Virus record (IMG/VR): IMGVR_UViG_3300033143_001962
Location: 1-64,000 of that record
DNA length: 64,000 bases
Strand: one strand, 5' to 3'
Each line of letters starts with the position of its first letter. Position 1 is the first letter of the stretch. The notes under the pieces are model-generated. The model was not told the DNA's origin. It ran no database searches and saw nothing but the letters and a program-made list of their open reading frames with translations. The position numbers were made by a program, and so were the translations under genes. Below, piece by piece: positions 6,464 through 14,465 of this stretch.

Positions 6464-6743
6464 GGTGCTTCCTGAGTTTTGCTTTTGCTTGTACCCGTGT
6501 ACTAAAATCCGTAGATTCCACATCACGCATCAAATTTGCCAGTGCATCCCTTTCTTGTGCTAATCGTTTTTCTTCTTCGTAGTCAACATCAGCAGACATC
6601 ATTCGTGCTCTAATTCTGACAGACATATCCTGATCTTTACATAATAAATCCAAGTGCTTGCGGGTATGGATTAGCTCAATCTTTTCTTCTTGCGTCAGTG
6701 CTGAAATACGTAGCACATCAAATAAGTCTGTTTCAGTTGTCAT
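6450..6743 (-). CDS. small helical-repeat-like protein, paralogue of 8065..8268
   Basis: DLF..L...ALTQ.EK...I...KHLD....D.D..VR..AR. Confidence 0.6.
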   Translation of the reverse strand: MTTETDLFDVLRISALTQEEKIELIHTRKHLDLLCKDQDMSVRIRARMMSADVDYEEEKRLAQERDALANLMRDVESTDFSTRVQAKAKLRKHRENI

Positions 6744-6900
6744 ATAACGTTTTCTTCTTGCCCATTGTTGCCATTAAGTACGATCTGACTAGATAATTAT
6801 CTTGTACCGCGAAGTTAGGATCAATCCAATATGACTCAACGGCATGCTGAATGCTTCCGTACTTTAATTTTAAAAATGTTACCACTTGTTCAATTTCCAT
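6733..6900 (-). CDS. FLxLKYGS-family mini-protein, 55 aa (not in ORF track)
   Basis: MEIEQVVTFLKLKYGSIQHAVESYW...; directly downstream of a promoter. Confidence 0.65.
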   Translation of the reverse strand: MEIEQVVTFLKLKYGSIQHAVESYWIDPNFAVQDNYLVRSYLMATMGKKKTLYDN

Positions 6901-6949
6901 TTCTAATCGCCAATAGCCGCTTGTTTATGAGGTTGCGCTTTTAAGCTAC

Positions 6950-6979
6950 ATAATAACATTTTATGTTATAAAAAGTCAA
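6950..6979 (-). promoter_or_regulatory. sigma70-type early promoter
   Basis: TTGACT-18 nt-TATTAT with TGn extension. Confidence 0.6.
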
Positions 6980-6986
6980 GTATTTG

Positions 6987-7328
6987 CTAAACATCATTTG
7001 CCAAAATTGCTGTGGCTGATGGCTTTATGCGTTTACGATCGTTGTCGTACTGAGCTGTAGCAATTTCAATACTGCTTAAATGTTTTAATAATGAGTGGAG
7101 TTTTTTATCTTCGTTGCCTAACTTTGACCACATAATGTCTTTGCTGAACAAGGTGCGAATCGCGTTAACGTTTGTTTCAATTCTTTCTAACCTGCCATTG
7201 AACTCGCCTACGTTTCCATTGTGCTGCCGGACCGTGTGTGCGAGCTTAGTTTTCAACCCCGAAATTTCATCGTCTTTGTCACGGAGTTGTTGTTGCAGGT
7301 CTCTAATTAAATTCTTCTTAGCTGTCAT
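6987..7328 (-). CDS. coiled-coil protein with internal WxKL tag
   Basis: Heptad-rich N-half; KDIMWSKLG. Confidence 0.6.
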   Translation of the reverse strand: MTAKKNLIRDLQQQLRDKDDEISGLKTKLAHTVRQHNGNVGEFNGRLERIETNVNAIRTLFSKDIMWSKLGNEDKKLHSLLKHLSSIEIATAQYDNDRKRIKPSATAILANDV

Positions 7329-7380
7329 AAATCACCTAAATGTTATCAATACTACGCTTTCTTACTACGACTACGAGCTA

Positions 7381-7409
7381 AGTATAACATTTTTTGGTGC
7401 AGAAGTCAA
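7381..7409 (-). promoter_or_regulatory. sigma70-type early promoter
   Basis: TTGACT-17-TATACT with TGn extension. Confidence 0.75.
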
Positions 7410-7582
7410 GCTTTTCGCTTATTTAGGTTAATAAAGTTGTAATTATTGTATTGTTCTTTGGAGTACAGTAGGAGTGCTTTGTGTTCGTCGTTGGATAGAT
7501 TGATATCATTGTTGACCCAAAGGTCGAATGCGTTTGTCATGCTGCCGTACTTGAGAATTAGAAAGGTTTTTGCCTGGTCCAT
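7406..7582 (-). CDS. FLxLKYGS-family mini-protein, 58 aa (not in ORF track)
   Basis: MDQAKTFLILKYGSMTNAFDLW... Confidence 0.65.
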   Translation of the reverse strand: MDQAKTFLILKYGSMTNAFDLWVNNDINLSNDEHKALLLYSKEQYNNYNFINLNKRKA

Positions 7583-7634
7583 AGTAAATATTTACCATAG
7601 TACGGCTTTTTACGTGGGGGCGCTTTTGACCCTA

Positions 7635-7663
7635 AGTATAACGTTTTGTTATTTAAAAGTCAA
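7635..7663 (-). promoter_or_regulatory. sigma70-type early promoter
   Basis: TTGACT-17-TATACT. Confidence 0.75.
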
Positions 7664-7869
7664 GTTTTTATTAGCAGTTTGAAGAACATTGCGTCTTGCT
7701 CTTGCTCAAACCAGAAGACTGGGGCGGTGTACTGATATATAAATTTGCCAGTGGTGTGCTTGCTGCACCATGCGGATAGTTCTAATAGATTATTTTTACT
7801 ATGTGTGAATGATACTTTATACCATGTGTTTCTATCAAAGGCATCGTAACATTCTTGATTCTTTTTCAT
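7660..7869 (-). CDS. small hypothetical phage protein (W-C...FWFEQEQDAMFFKL type)
   Basis: Overlaps the upstream gene (ATGA); motif style common in small phage proteins. Confidence 0.6.
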   Translation of the reverse strand: MKKNQECYDAFDRNTWYKVSFTHSKNNLLELSAWCSKHTTGKFIYQYTAPVFWFEQEQDAMFFKLLIKT

Positions 7870-8072
7870 CGGAAGTTATTTATTTTTTTCAGTATATCAA
7901 GCAACTCCGGAATGTCCGGGTGTAAGTCCGGATCAATGCTATCCAGCCAGTGCTTGAACTCTTGGTCGTATTTTTGTATATTGATTTCTTTAATGAGCTC
8001 TAATTTCTGCTCGGTGGTTAAATACTCTTTGGTTAATCTATGCCACAGTTCTTTCTTTTCTTCTTCACTCAC
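7866..8072 (-). CDS. mini-protein with N-terminal WxRL tag
   Basis: MSEEEKKELWHRLT. Confidence 0.6.
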   Translation of the reverse strand: MSEEEKKELWHRLTKEYLTTEQKLELIKEINIQKYDQEFKHWLDSIDPDLHPDIPELLDILKKINNFR

Positions 8073-8268
8073 TTTGCCATCCTAGCGTTTTAAGTTGTTT
8101 GTTTATTCTAACGTACTCTTGTTTATGCTTTTGCTTTCTTGCGTATCTTCTAACTTCACTATCATCATCGTTTTCAAAATAATCTAAGTGCTTGTTACTA
8201 GCAATGCATAACATCTTTTCGTACTGAGTGAGGGCGTTTAATTTTATAATTGTGAATAAATCTTCCAT
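8065..8268 (-). CDS. paralogue of 6450..6743
   Basis: Likely start MEDLF; ALTQYEK...KHLDYFENDDDSEVRRYAR. Confidence 0.6.
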   Translation of the reverse strand: MEDLFTIIKLNALTQYEKMLCIASNKHLDYFENDDDSEVRRYARKQKHKQEYVRINKQLKTLGWQSE

Positions 8269-8373
8269 AGCTATGTCTGTGTTTTTGCGCTTGGGCAACT
8301 CACTTCGTGCCTTGCGTTCTCTCTGTAAGTTACAGTCGAACCTACTCACCAAGCTCCTTGCTTTCGCAGACTA

Positions 8374-8403
8374 AGCATAACATATTTTAGAGGCAAAAGT
8401 CAA
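8374..8403 (-). promoter_or_regulatory. sigma70-type early promoter
   Basis: TTGACT-18-TATGCT with TGn extension. Confidence 0.6.
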
Positions 8404-8418
8404 CCGAGGTTTGCCAAA

Positions 8419-8859
8419 CTAAACGTTGTCGTTTTCATGTAGGCGTGTGTATAATGATAGTGCTAAATCAAATTGCATAATATGTGACATTATCCAGGGA
8501 CGGATTATCGATACTAAGTAGTATCCCATAACTTTTGGATTATGCGATAACTGTGATGTGTCAGCAACTTGATGACGTATATCATTGTGTGATTCTTTGT
8601 GACAATCGGCTGCTAATTTAGGAAATCCAATTCTATGCATTAGTGCTTCTTCGTGTTCTAAATGTGTGTCAACGTAGTCAACTAGCTCATCGTAGTACTG
8701 CTGAATGTGCTCTATTGTTGGGTCATCGTGTGTAATTTCGTTAATAATATTATTGCATAATTTAAACAGATTTCGGTGTTCGTTATCTATTTGTAAGTCG
8801 CCTGTTTCAAGGTCAGGTTGCCATTCTAACGGCGTTAGATTATCGGATTGTGGGGTCAT
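8419..8859 (-). CDS. bacteriohemerythrin
   Basis: W...LETGDLQIDNEH..LF, HLEHEEALM, HKESH, WIMSHIMQFD: complete hemerythrin di-iron ligand set (H, HxxxE, HxxxH, HxxxxD). Confidence 0.9.
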   Translation of the reverse strand: MTPQSDNLTPLEWQPDLETGDLQIDNEHRNLFKLCNNIINEITHDDPTIEHIQQYYDELVDYVDTHLEHEEALMHRIGFPKLAADCHKESHNDIRHQVADTSQLSHNPKVMGYYLVSIIRPWIMSHIMQFDLALSLYTRLHENDNV

Positions 8860-8891
8860 TGTATAGTCCTATTTTAAGTTAGCTATTAGTA

Positions 8892-8920
8892 ATTGTAGCA
8901 CGGAATCGCACCAAAGTCTA
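8892..8920 (-). promoter_or_regulatory. sigma70-type promoter for hemerythrin
   Basis: TAGACT-17-TACAAT with TGn; a GATAAATA late-type box also lies at 8930..8937. Confidence 0.55.
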
Positions 8921-8942
8921 GTAGTTTTTTATTTATCGTGTT

Positions 8943-9089
8943 TCATTTTAATGCAAAAAATTCGTTAAGCATATTGAATTCTGCTACTGGCATTTTAGCG
9001 ACTGCTGACCAATTCATCATCATATCATATGCTTTTTGTTGTGATCCGTACTTAATAACAATGAATGATTTTATTTCTTCAGTACTCAT
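8943..9089 (-). CDS. FLxLKYGS-family mini-protein
   Basis: Likely start MSTEEIKSFIVIKYGSQQKAYD. Confidence 0.6.
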   Translation of the reverse strand: MSTEEIKSFIVIKYGSQQKAYDMMMNWSAVAKMPVAEFNMLNEFFALK

Positions 9090-9261
9090 AAGTGTACGCT
9101 CCTGTTCGGCGATTATTGTCTTTTGCCCATTGTGCAATCAGATCTGATTCTTCTTGTGTAAATGAGGTATCATCAAATTTATACATCCATTCTTCATAAG
9201 CAAGTATCATACTACCGTACTTTAGTACAAGAATTAGTTCAGTGTCTTTACCCGTTTTCAT
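9079..9261 (-). CDS. FLxLKYGS-family mini-protein
   Basis: ELILVLKYGSMILAYEEW. Confidence 0.65.
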   Translation of the reverse strand: MKTGKDTELILVLKYGSMILAYEEWMYKFDDTSFTQEESDLIAQWAKDNNRRTGAYTYEY

Positions 9262-9403
9262 CTGACCACCATTCCATAAATTCAGTTAGCATTGCGTCGA
9301 GATCTGTACCTAAATCGTCACCTGTAAAATTACAATACACCATTACAATGTCATCATTGGACCCGTAACGTAATCTTAAATATGTTAGTACCGCTGGATT
9401 CAT
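9248..9403 (-). CDS. FLxLKYGS-family mini-protein, 51 aa (not in ORF track)
   Basis: MNPAVLTYLRLRYGSNDDIVMVY...; ATGA overlap with 9400..9618. Confidence 0.6.
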   Translation of the reverse strand: MNPAVLTYLRLRYGSNDDIVMVYCNFTGDDLGTDLDAMLTEFMEWWSDENG

Positions 9404-9618
9404 GCTTTTAACTTTGCCCACATGTACAATCTATTAATTTCTTCGTCAAACTCAGGTGTGCGTATCGTGTACCCTTTGCCGTTAATTCTATACTGGTAAT
9501 TATCAAAATCGTAAGTCTTAGGTGCAGAGACTCTGTAGTGTCTGACCCAGAACAATGTGCCATTTAAGCATTCGTATACTACATCACGTTGGTGCATTAT
9601 AACCGAGACACTATTCAT
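9400..9618 (-). CDS. RINGxxY-family mini-protein with C-terminal WxKL tag
   Basis: YRINGKGY...EFDEEINRLYMWAKLKA. Confidence 0.6.
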   Translation of the reverse strand: MNSVSVIMHQRDVVYECLNGTLFWVRHYRVSAPKTYDFDNYQYRINGKGYTIRTPEFDEEINRLYMWAKLKA

Positions 9619-9940
9619 CTTTCTTCTCCGGGACGTGGTCTACTACTAATCTAAGTTCATGCATTGTTAAACGTGTGTACATACCAGGTGGTAGATTTAT
9701 CCAGTAATGATATGCATTAAACACTGACCCGTACTTCCAAATTAGTACCATCTCGGCGTTATCTTTAGTAACATCCAATGTCTCCAGGCAGCCCTGTTCG
9801 CACCATAAATTTAATAGTGGTGGTACATTTTCAACTGTTCTGACTCCTGGCATGTTAACTGCTACTTCAAACGCTGTGATCACTTCTCCGATTGAAGAGT
9901 ACTTAAGTGACAGGAATACTTGCTGTTCATCTTCAGTCAC
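9611..9940 (-). CDS. tandem two-domain FLxLKYGS-family protein
   Basis: VFLSLKYSS and MVLIWKYGSVFNAY. Confidence 0.65.
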   Translation of the reverse strand: MTEDEQQVFLSLKYSSIGEVITAFEVAVNMPGVRTVENVPPLLNLWCEQGCLETLDVTKDNAEMVLIWKYGSVFNAYHYWINLPPGMYTRLTMHELRLVVDHVPEKKDE

Positions 9941-10124
9941 TTAGCTTCTCCCACACACGTTCTTTCTTACGTTCTTCATAAAATGCTTTTCTGTACTCAA
10001 GTGTATTTTCACTGTACAGTACATCGTTAATACGAAGTGTAACCCAGCTTTGTGAAATTGCACTTTGTCGTAGCGTACTGCATACTTGCGCAAATTTACC
10101 ACTGCTTAATTCAATTTCAATCAC
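9933..10124 (-). CDS. RINGxxY-family mini-protein with C-terminal WxKL tag
   Basis: LRINDVLY...KERVWEKLSD. Confidence 0.6.
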   Translation of the reverse strand: MIEIELSSGKFAQVCSTLRQSAISQSWVTLRINDVLYSENTLEYRKAFYEERKKERVWEKLSD

Positions 10125-10311
10125 TTAGCTTCTGCCATATCTCTGCTTTTTCAATAAATTCTGTTGCTGCTCGTCTAAATGCGTACGAATCTTTTTTGTA
10201 AATAACACCTTTAATTCTGAACGTGTGCCACGCAAAATTAGGATTCTTTAAACGTGGCACATTAGCCTTCACCCAATACCCGCAGTACTTTTCTCTATAA
10301 TGTGCTTTCAT
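10117..10311 (-). CDS. RINGxxY-family mini-protein with C-terminal WxKL tag
   Basis: FRIKGVIY...KAEIWQKLSD. Confidence 0.6.
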   Translation of the reverse strand: MKAHYREKYCGYWVKANVPRLKNPNFAWHTFRIKGVIYKKDSYAFRRAATEFIEKAEIWQKLSD

Positions 10312-10320
10312 ACCCGCCTA

Positions 10321-10497
10321 CTAATAGTTGTGCTCTTGCTGAACAAATCGATAATACCAATCTAACATCTCGTGTCGTTGTACTGTAGTAAACAAATCAT
10401 AATCGCTTCGTAAGTCGCCGTCACGCATTGCGTCGTAAGCGTTAGCCATGCTCCCGTACTTTAATATTAAGAATGTTCTAGTCTTTTCAGGACTCAT
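10321..10497 (-). CDS. FLxLKYGS-family mini-protein, 58 aa (not in ORF track)
   Basis: MSPEKTRTFLILKYGSMANAYDAM... Confidence 0.65.
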   Translation of the reverse strand: MSPEKTRTFLILKYGSMANAYDAMRDGDLRSDYDLFTTVQRHEMLDWYYRFVQQEHNY

Positions 10498-10696
10498 TGT
10501 ACAATTCCTTTATGAAGAAGTCAAGCATCAATTCTTCTTGTTGATTAACATTCATTAAATGGTATGCTATCTGGTCTCCGAATTCAAGCGAGTCATGAAA
10601 CGCATCAGCTAACTGTTCTAAGCCGCCGTGTTTAAGTGCTAAGAATGTGTATTCCTCGGTTGTTATAAAATCATCAAGTTCAACGGTTTCAGTCAT
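10487..10696 (-). CDS. FLxLKYGS-family mini-protein
   Basis: YTFLALKHGGLEQLADAF. Confidence 0.6.
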   Translation of the reverse strand: MTETVELDDFITTEEYTFLALKHGGLEQLADAFHDSLEFGDQIAYHLMNVNQQEELMLDFFIKELYNES

Positions 10697-10697
10697 T

Positions 10698-10886
10698 TTA
10701 ATCCCACATGTACCTGCGTCTGTTCAATTCACTGTCAGTTGCGTAGTAAAAGTAATTGTTCATTATTGTGTAGTCATCCGGCACTTGCTTTCCAACAACG
10801 GTACTAGTATTCATAAAGACTTGATAGGCTTTGTACACCGTACCGTACTTTAAAATTAAATAAGATTTAGTTGCTGCGTAGTTCAT
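10698..10886 (-). CDS. FLxLKYGS-family mini-protein
   Basis: KSYLILKYGTVYKAYQVF. Confidence 0.65.
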   Translation of the reverse strand: MNYAATKSYLILKYGTVYKAYQVFMNTSTVVGKQVPDDYTIMNNYFYYATDSELNRRRYMWD

Positions 10887-11086
10887 AATATGATCTTCTG
10901 TACACGTTCAGGAATTATTAAATCACCTTGTTCCTTTTTAGATTTAATATGCGATTGAATAAAGCTTAGTAATTTGTAGTAGTCTGGATCACTGTCGAGT
11001 CCTAGTGATCGCAATGCACTGTACCTAGAAAAGATATGTGCTACGCTTCCATATTTAAGCATAAGGAATGTGTCTTCAGAATTCAT
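10883..11086 (-). CDS. FLxLKYGS-family mini-protein
   Basis: DTFLMLKYGSVAHIF. Confidence 0.65.
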   Translation of the reverse strand: MNSEDTFLMLKYGSVAHIFSRYSALRSLGLDSDPDYYKLLSFIQSHIKSKKEQGDLIIPERVQKIIL

Positions 11087-11277
11087 TAAATTAAATCCAT
11101 TGCATATTCCATTGCAGATTTAGTTCTTATCGCAAGATGGTGTGCCCAAGCATACCCTACTATCATGCATTGTTCATCTTCTGTAAAATCAGCATCCCAA
11201 TCATCAGATATGTTATAAGCATCAATGGCATTTTCCATGCTACCGTACTTTAATATTAAGAATGTTTTAATTGGCAT
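11086..11277 (-). CDS. FLxLKYGS-family mini-protein
   Basis: KTFLILKYGSMENAIDAY. Confidence 0.65.
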   Translation of the reverse strand: MPIKTFLILKYGSMENAIDAYNISDDWDADFTEDEQCMIVGYAWAHHLAIRTKSAMEYAMDLI

Positions 11278-11516
11278 TATGATTTACCGTACACTGTGGT
11301 AATTGTAGGGGCAAATACCCCATTCAATGCTGCCCAAGCTTCTAATGGTTTTACTACTTCATCGAACTCATCGGATGGTTTTTCATATATAAACCCATTT
11401 ATTTTAAAGTCAAACCTCTTAAAATTGTACTGGCGATCAGCCATTATTGTTGACTCTCTCCATACGCTGTCAAAGATTTCTCTATTTTTTGAGTACAAAA
11501 TGTCCTGATTAGCCAT
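11277..11516 (-). CDS. RINGxxY-family mini-protein
   Basis: Likely start MANQD, downstream of the promoter; FKINGFIY...EFDEVVKPLEAWAALN. Confidence 0.6.
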   Translation of the reverse strand: MANQDILYSKNREIFDSVWRESTIMADRQYNFKRFDFKINGFIYEKPSDEFDEVVKPLEAWAALNGVFAPTITTVYGKS

Positions 11517-11546
11517 GGTTATTACCCTTCTGAACGAATATAATGT

Positions 11547-11575
11547 AGTGTAACAGGTTATTTTGGGAAAGTCAA
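11547..11575 (-). promoter_or_regulatory. sigma70-type early promoter heading the mini-gene array
   Basis: TTGACT-17-TACACT with TGn extension. Confidence 0.7.
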
Positions 11576-11608
11576 GCTTTTGATAGGCACTCATTAATAA
11601 ATATATTA

Positions 11609-12091
11609 GTGAACTACTTAATACTAATTGACGTTTGGGGACGATTGTCAACACCGTTAGAGATCATTTGTAAAACTAATATAGCATTATTAATATCTGA
11701 TGTCTCAGACAATCCAAATTGGAAAATAATATATCAGGATTTTGATCCTGATATCGATCCTAAAATTCAGCACGTTTGCAACAATTCAAATAATGCAATA
11801 CCCGAGCACGATTGGGCTAATTTAAAATTAGATTCAAAAGACATAGTGTACTTTGCTGGGTTTCATGCTAATCACTGTTTGTTTGAGAAACCGTTAGGTA
11901 TTGATAATCTATTAAGTTTGCACCCTGCTCAAGAATTTTTTGTGTTATCCGACCTAACATGTGGGCTGAATCAACACACTCCTGTACCTATCAGTGACTT
12001 ATCTATTATTAATTTCAATAATGATTATAGTGTAAAAATGAACATGCGGCGCGCAATGCTGCTCGATAATTTACTTAGTATACAAATTTAA
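11609..12091 (+). CDS. isochorismatase/cysteine-hydrolase-like protein
   Basis: LILIDVW ... VYFAGFHANHCL ... VLSDLT. Confidence 0.55.
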   Translation: MNYLILIDVWGRLSTPLEIICKTNIALLISDVSDNPNWKIIYQDFDPDIDPKIQHVCNNSNNAIPEHDWANLKLDSKDIVYFAGFHANHCLFEKPLGIDNLLSLHPAQEFFVLSDLTCGLNQHTPVPISDLSIINFNNDYSVKMNMRRAMLLDNLLSIQI

Positions 12092-12094
12092 GTC

Positions 12095-12123
12095 AAAAAA
12101 AAGCACTCCGAAGAGTGCTTTTT
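12095..12123 (-). terminator. intrinsic terminator after major capsid gene (likely bidirectional)
   Basis: Minus strand AAAAAGCACTC-TTCG-GAGTGCTTTTTTTT with a UUCG tetraloop. Confidence 0.9.
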
Positions 12124-12146
12124 AGATATTGCTTTACTACCTGGTC

Positions 12147-13337
12147 TTAGCTGAAAGACAAGTTGCTTACGCTGATTTCGCCTAAGTAATCACCAGCATT
12201 ACCAAAAGATGATGCAGTGTTAGTGAGTTCCACGTAACCATAACGTGTCATGAAGCTTACAACTGGTTCGAACGTAGACGGATCTAAAACAACGCCTGAG
12301 CTCATTAAAGGAATGTAAGGGCAGTAGAACGCTGGAGCGTCTGCTTCACTTGAACCTTTATAACCAATAAGTACCGGAGTACTATCAGCAGCATATGAAT
12401 CAACATATACTTTCATAGCACTGTTTAATGTACCAACTAACTTAGTGTTAGTAGGAGCTTCAAAAGTACCTTCAGTTGTACGTGCAAATGCAGATGTAGT
12501 AGCTGATTGTAATACTGTTAATGCAGCTGGACTAACAACGGCATAGTTACCTGCGCCACGACGTGTACGTTGTGCGATAAGGTTAGCAGTACGGTTAACT
12601 AATACAGCAAGTGCCGCATGTTCATCACCTACGAATGTAGCAGTACCAGATACAGCAGCTTGATCGTAGTTGAATTCAGTTGACGCTAAAGAACGTAAAG
12701 ATAATAAAATCTCTTGATCGATTTCAGCGGTAATTTCTTGTGCTAATGCAGCCATGATTTCAGCTTCGACATCAATGCCGTGCATTGATTGTGCATCTTG
12801 AGCAGCTTCAAAAGTCCAACGCGCTTGTAACTTACGTGTCTTCGCTTCAACAGCTTGCTTTAAGATTTGAACGGAAATGTTACGACCGCCTTCACCTTCC
12901 ATTTGCGCTGTAGCAGCACCACGGTAGTCAGTCTGTGTAGCACCAACGCCTGCAGAGTATGCTTGAGCAATTTTGAAAGGACTTAACGCTTCATCACCAG
13001 CTGTAGTTGGTGTACCAGCAGCAGATGTATCGTTCATTGTTGAACCGTAACGTACACGTAAAGTATGGATCTGGCTTACTGGACCAGACATTGGTTGAAC
13101 ACCTACTAATTCGTTTGCAATTACCGTAGGCATTACACGTCGAATTACTGGTAAAATTACACGGTTTAATGTTGCAACGTTACCAGCGGCAGTAGCGCCA
13201 CTTGTAGCAGATTCTGCTAAGTGGTTACGAGTGTTTTCTAGGATTACGCCCATTGTAGAACGTTTAGTACCGTCTAGACCTTCAAGCAATGCTTCTTTAG
13301 TCTCTCCCCAACGGCCTTCTAATAGTGCTTGTGACAT
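12147..13337 (-). CDS. gp23: major capsid protein (T4 gp23-like)
   Basis: RRVMPTVIANELVGVQPMSGP, KTRKLQARWTFEAAQD..HGID.EAE, FYCPYIPL, FMTRYG. Confidence 0.95.
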   Translation of the reverse strand: MSQALLEGRWGETKEALLEGLDGTKRSTMGVILENTRNHLAESATSGATAAGNVATLNRVILPVIRRVMPTVIANELVGVQPMSGPVSQIHTLRVRYGSTMNDTSAAGTPTTAGDEALSPFKIAQAYSAGVGATQTDYRGAATAQMEGEGGRNISVQILKQAVEAKTRKLQARWTFEAAQDAQSMHGIDVEAEIMAALAQEITAEIDQEILLSLRSLASTEFNYDQAAVSGTATFVGDEHAALAVLVNRTANLIAQRTRRGAGNYAVVSPAALTVLQSATTSAFARTTEGTFEAPTNTKLVGTLNSAMKVYVDSYAADSTPVLIGYKGSSEADAPAFYCPYIPLMSSGVVLDPSTFEPVVSFMTRYGYVELTNTASSFGNAGDYLGEISVSNLSFS

Positions 13338-13359
13338 ATCTAATTTTCTCCTGTTTAGA

Positions 13360-14454
13360 TTATAGCCCTGCTAACTTTTTAATGTCGATTACATTTGTAT
13401 CTTCATTTTTGTTAACAGCTTTATCACCAGTTACTGCAACGCGACTTTCTGTAACTACTTTACGTTTCTTAGGCGTAGTAGCTTCGATTGTTTTATTGGC
13501 AAGTACCGCTGGTAAATATTTTTCGAAAGTTTTATTCAAACGCGAAGTTTGAACGTTTTCGAGTAAATCCTGCATAACTACACGTTTGTCATCGTTGAGT
13601 GGACCTAACAAATCAGCTAATGTATCAGCACGTTTGTTATTTTCTGTAATTACTTTAATTTCATTATCTTTGCTTTCTGTAAGCTTTTGTAGTTTTGTAG
13701 CAATAACAACAGACTCTTTAATTTCTGTTTTCTGTGCTGCAACTTGATCCTTTAGCTTACGGATTTCTGCATTTTCGTTTAAGTGAGTACTTGTAAATTC
13801 ACTTGAGAACGCTTCAAATATTGTACGACCAAATGCGTTTTCACGCGCTGATTTAATATCTTCTTGTAATGCAGTTAGTTCAGATGACAGTTTTAACTTA
13901 ACATGGTTTTTAACTTTCGCAGCAGATTCTGTTACAAAGCGACTCTTAAGTGCTTTGAGTTGATCACGTGCTTCTGCAACTAGCTTAACCTTAGTATCAA
14001 CTAAGTCTTGCTTGTCTTGTGCAAATTCACGTATTTCTGTTGCTAACTTCTTAGAAACAAATTTTTCAATTGATTCTAAACCTTCGTTTTGCTTTTTGCG
14101 GTCATTGCGTAGTTCTTTAATTTCTTCAGCTAACTTAGCTGTCATGAAGTTATTAAACTTAGCACCACTCTCTGACATTTTCTTAATGAACTTAACACGA
14201 TCTTCTGCTAATGCAGATTTCTCTTCTTTAAATTCAACAATTTCAGAGTGCAAACCTTCGGTAACCATTTTGTCAAGAGCTTCAACCATCACTTTCTTAT
14301 CATGATCATAACGCTGTGCAAATTCTTCACGTAATTCAGTACGTAACTCTTCACGGGCTTCATTTAATTTTGAATCCCAAGCTTCCATAATTTCTGAATG
14401 TGTGTCTTCATTGATAACATTACTATCAAGCAACTGTTTGATTGCTTCTAACAT
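13360..14454 (-). CDS. gp22: prohead core scaffold protein (gp22-like)
   Basis: Long charged coiled coil located between protease and MCP. Confidence 0.75.
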   Translation of the reverse strand: MLEAIKQLLDSNVINEDTHSEIMEAWDSKLNEAREELRTELREEFAQRYDHDKKVMVEALDKMVTEGLHSEIVEFKEEKSALAEDRVKFIKKMSESGAKFNNFMTAKLAEEIKELRNDRKKQNEGLESIEKFVSKKLATEIREFAQDKQDLVDTKVKLVAEARDQLKALKSRFVTESAAKVKNHVKLKLSSELTALQEDIKSARENAFGRTIFEAFSSEFTSTHLNENAEIRKLKDQVAAQKTEIKESVVIATKLQKLTESKDNEIKVITENNKRADTLADLLGPLNDDKRVVMQDLLENVQTSRLNKTFEKYLPAVLANKTIEATTPKKRKVVTESRVAVTGDKAVNKNEDTNVIDIKKLAGL

Positions 14455-14465
14455 ATTTCAGTCTC

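Noticed and set aside
8325-8352. GGTTCGAC on the minus strand as a tRNA T-loop or tmRNA end
   Set aside because: No T-stem complement, acceptor stem or cloverleaf could be built.
2908-11516. WxxL tag as a eukaryotic LIR/AIM autophagy motif
   Set aside because: Bacteriophage context; the motif sits in a charged helix and is basic rather than an acidic extended strand.
2398-11516. Short ORFs as a sign of stop-codon recoding or fragmented pseudogenes
   Set aside because: Core genes up to 13 kb are intact in the standard code. The small ORFs mostly overlap in different frames with their own starts and stops, and fragments from different parent genes are interleaved rather than collinear.
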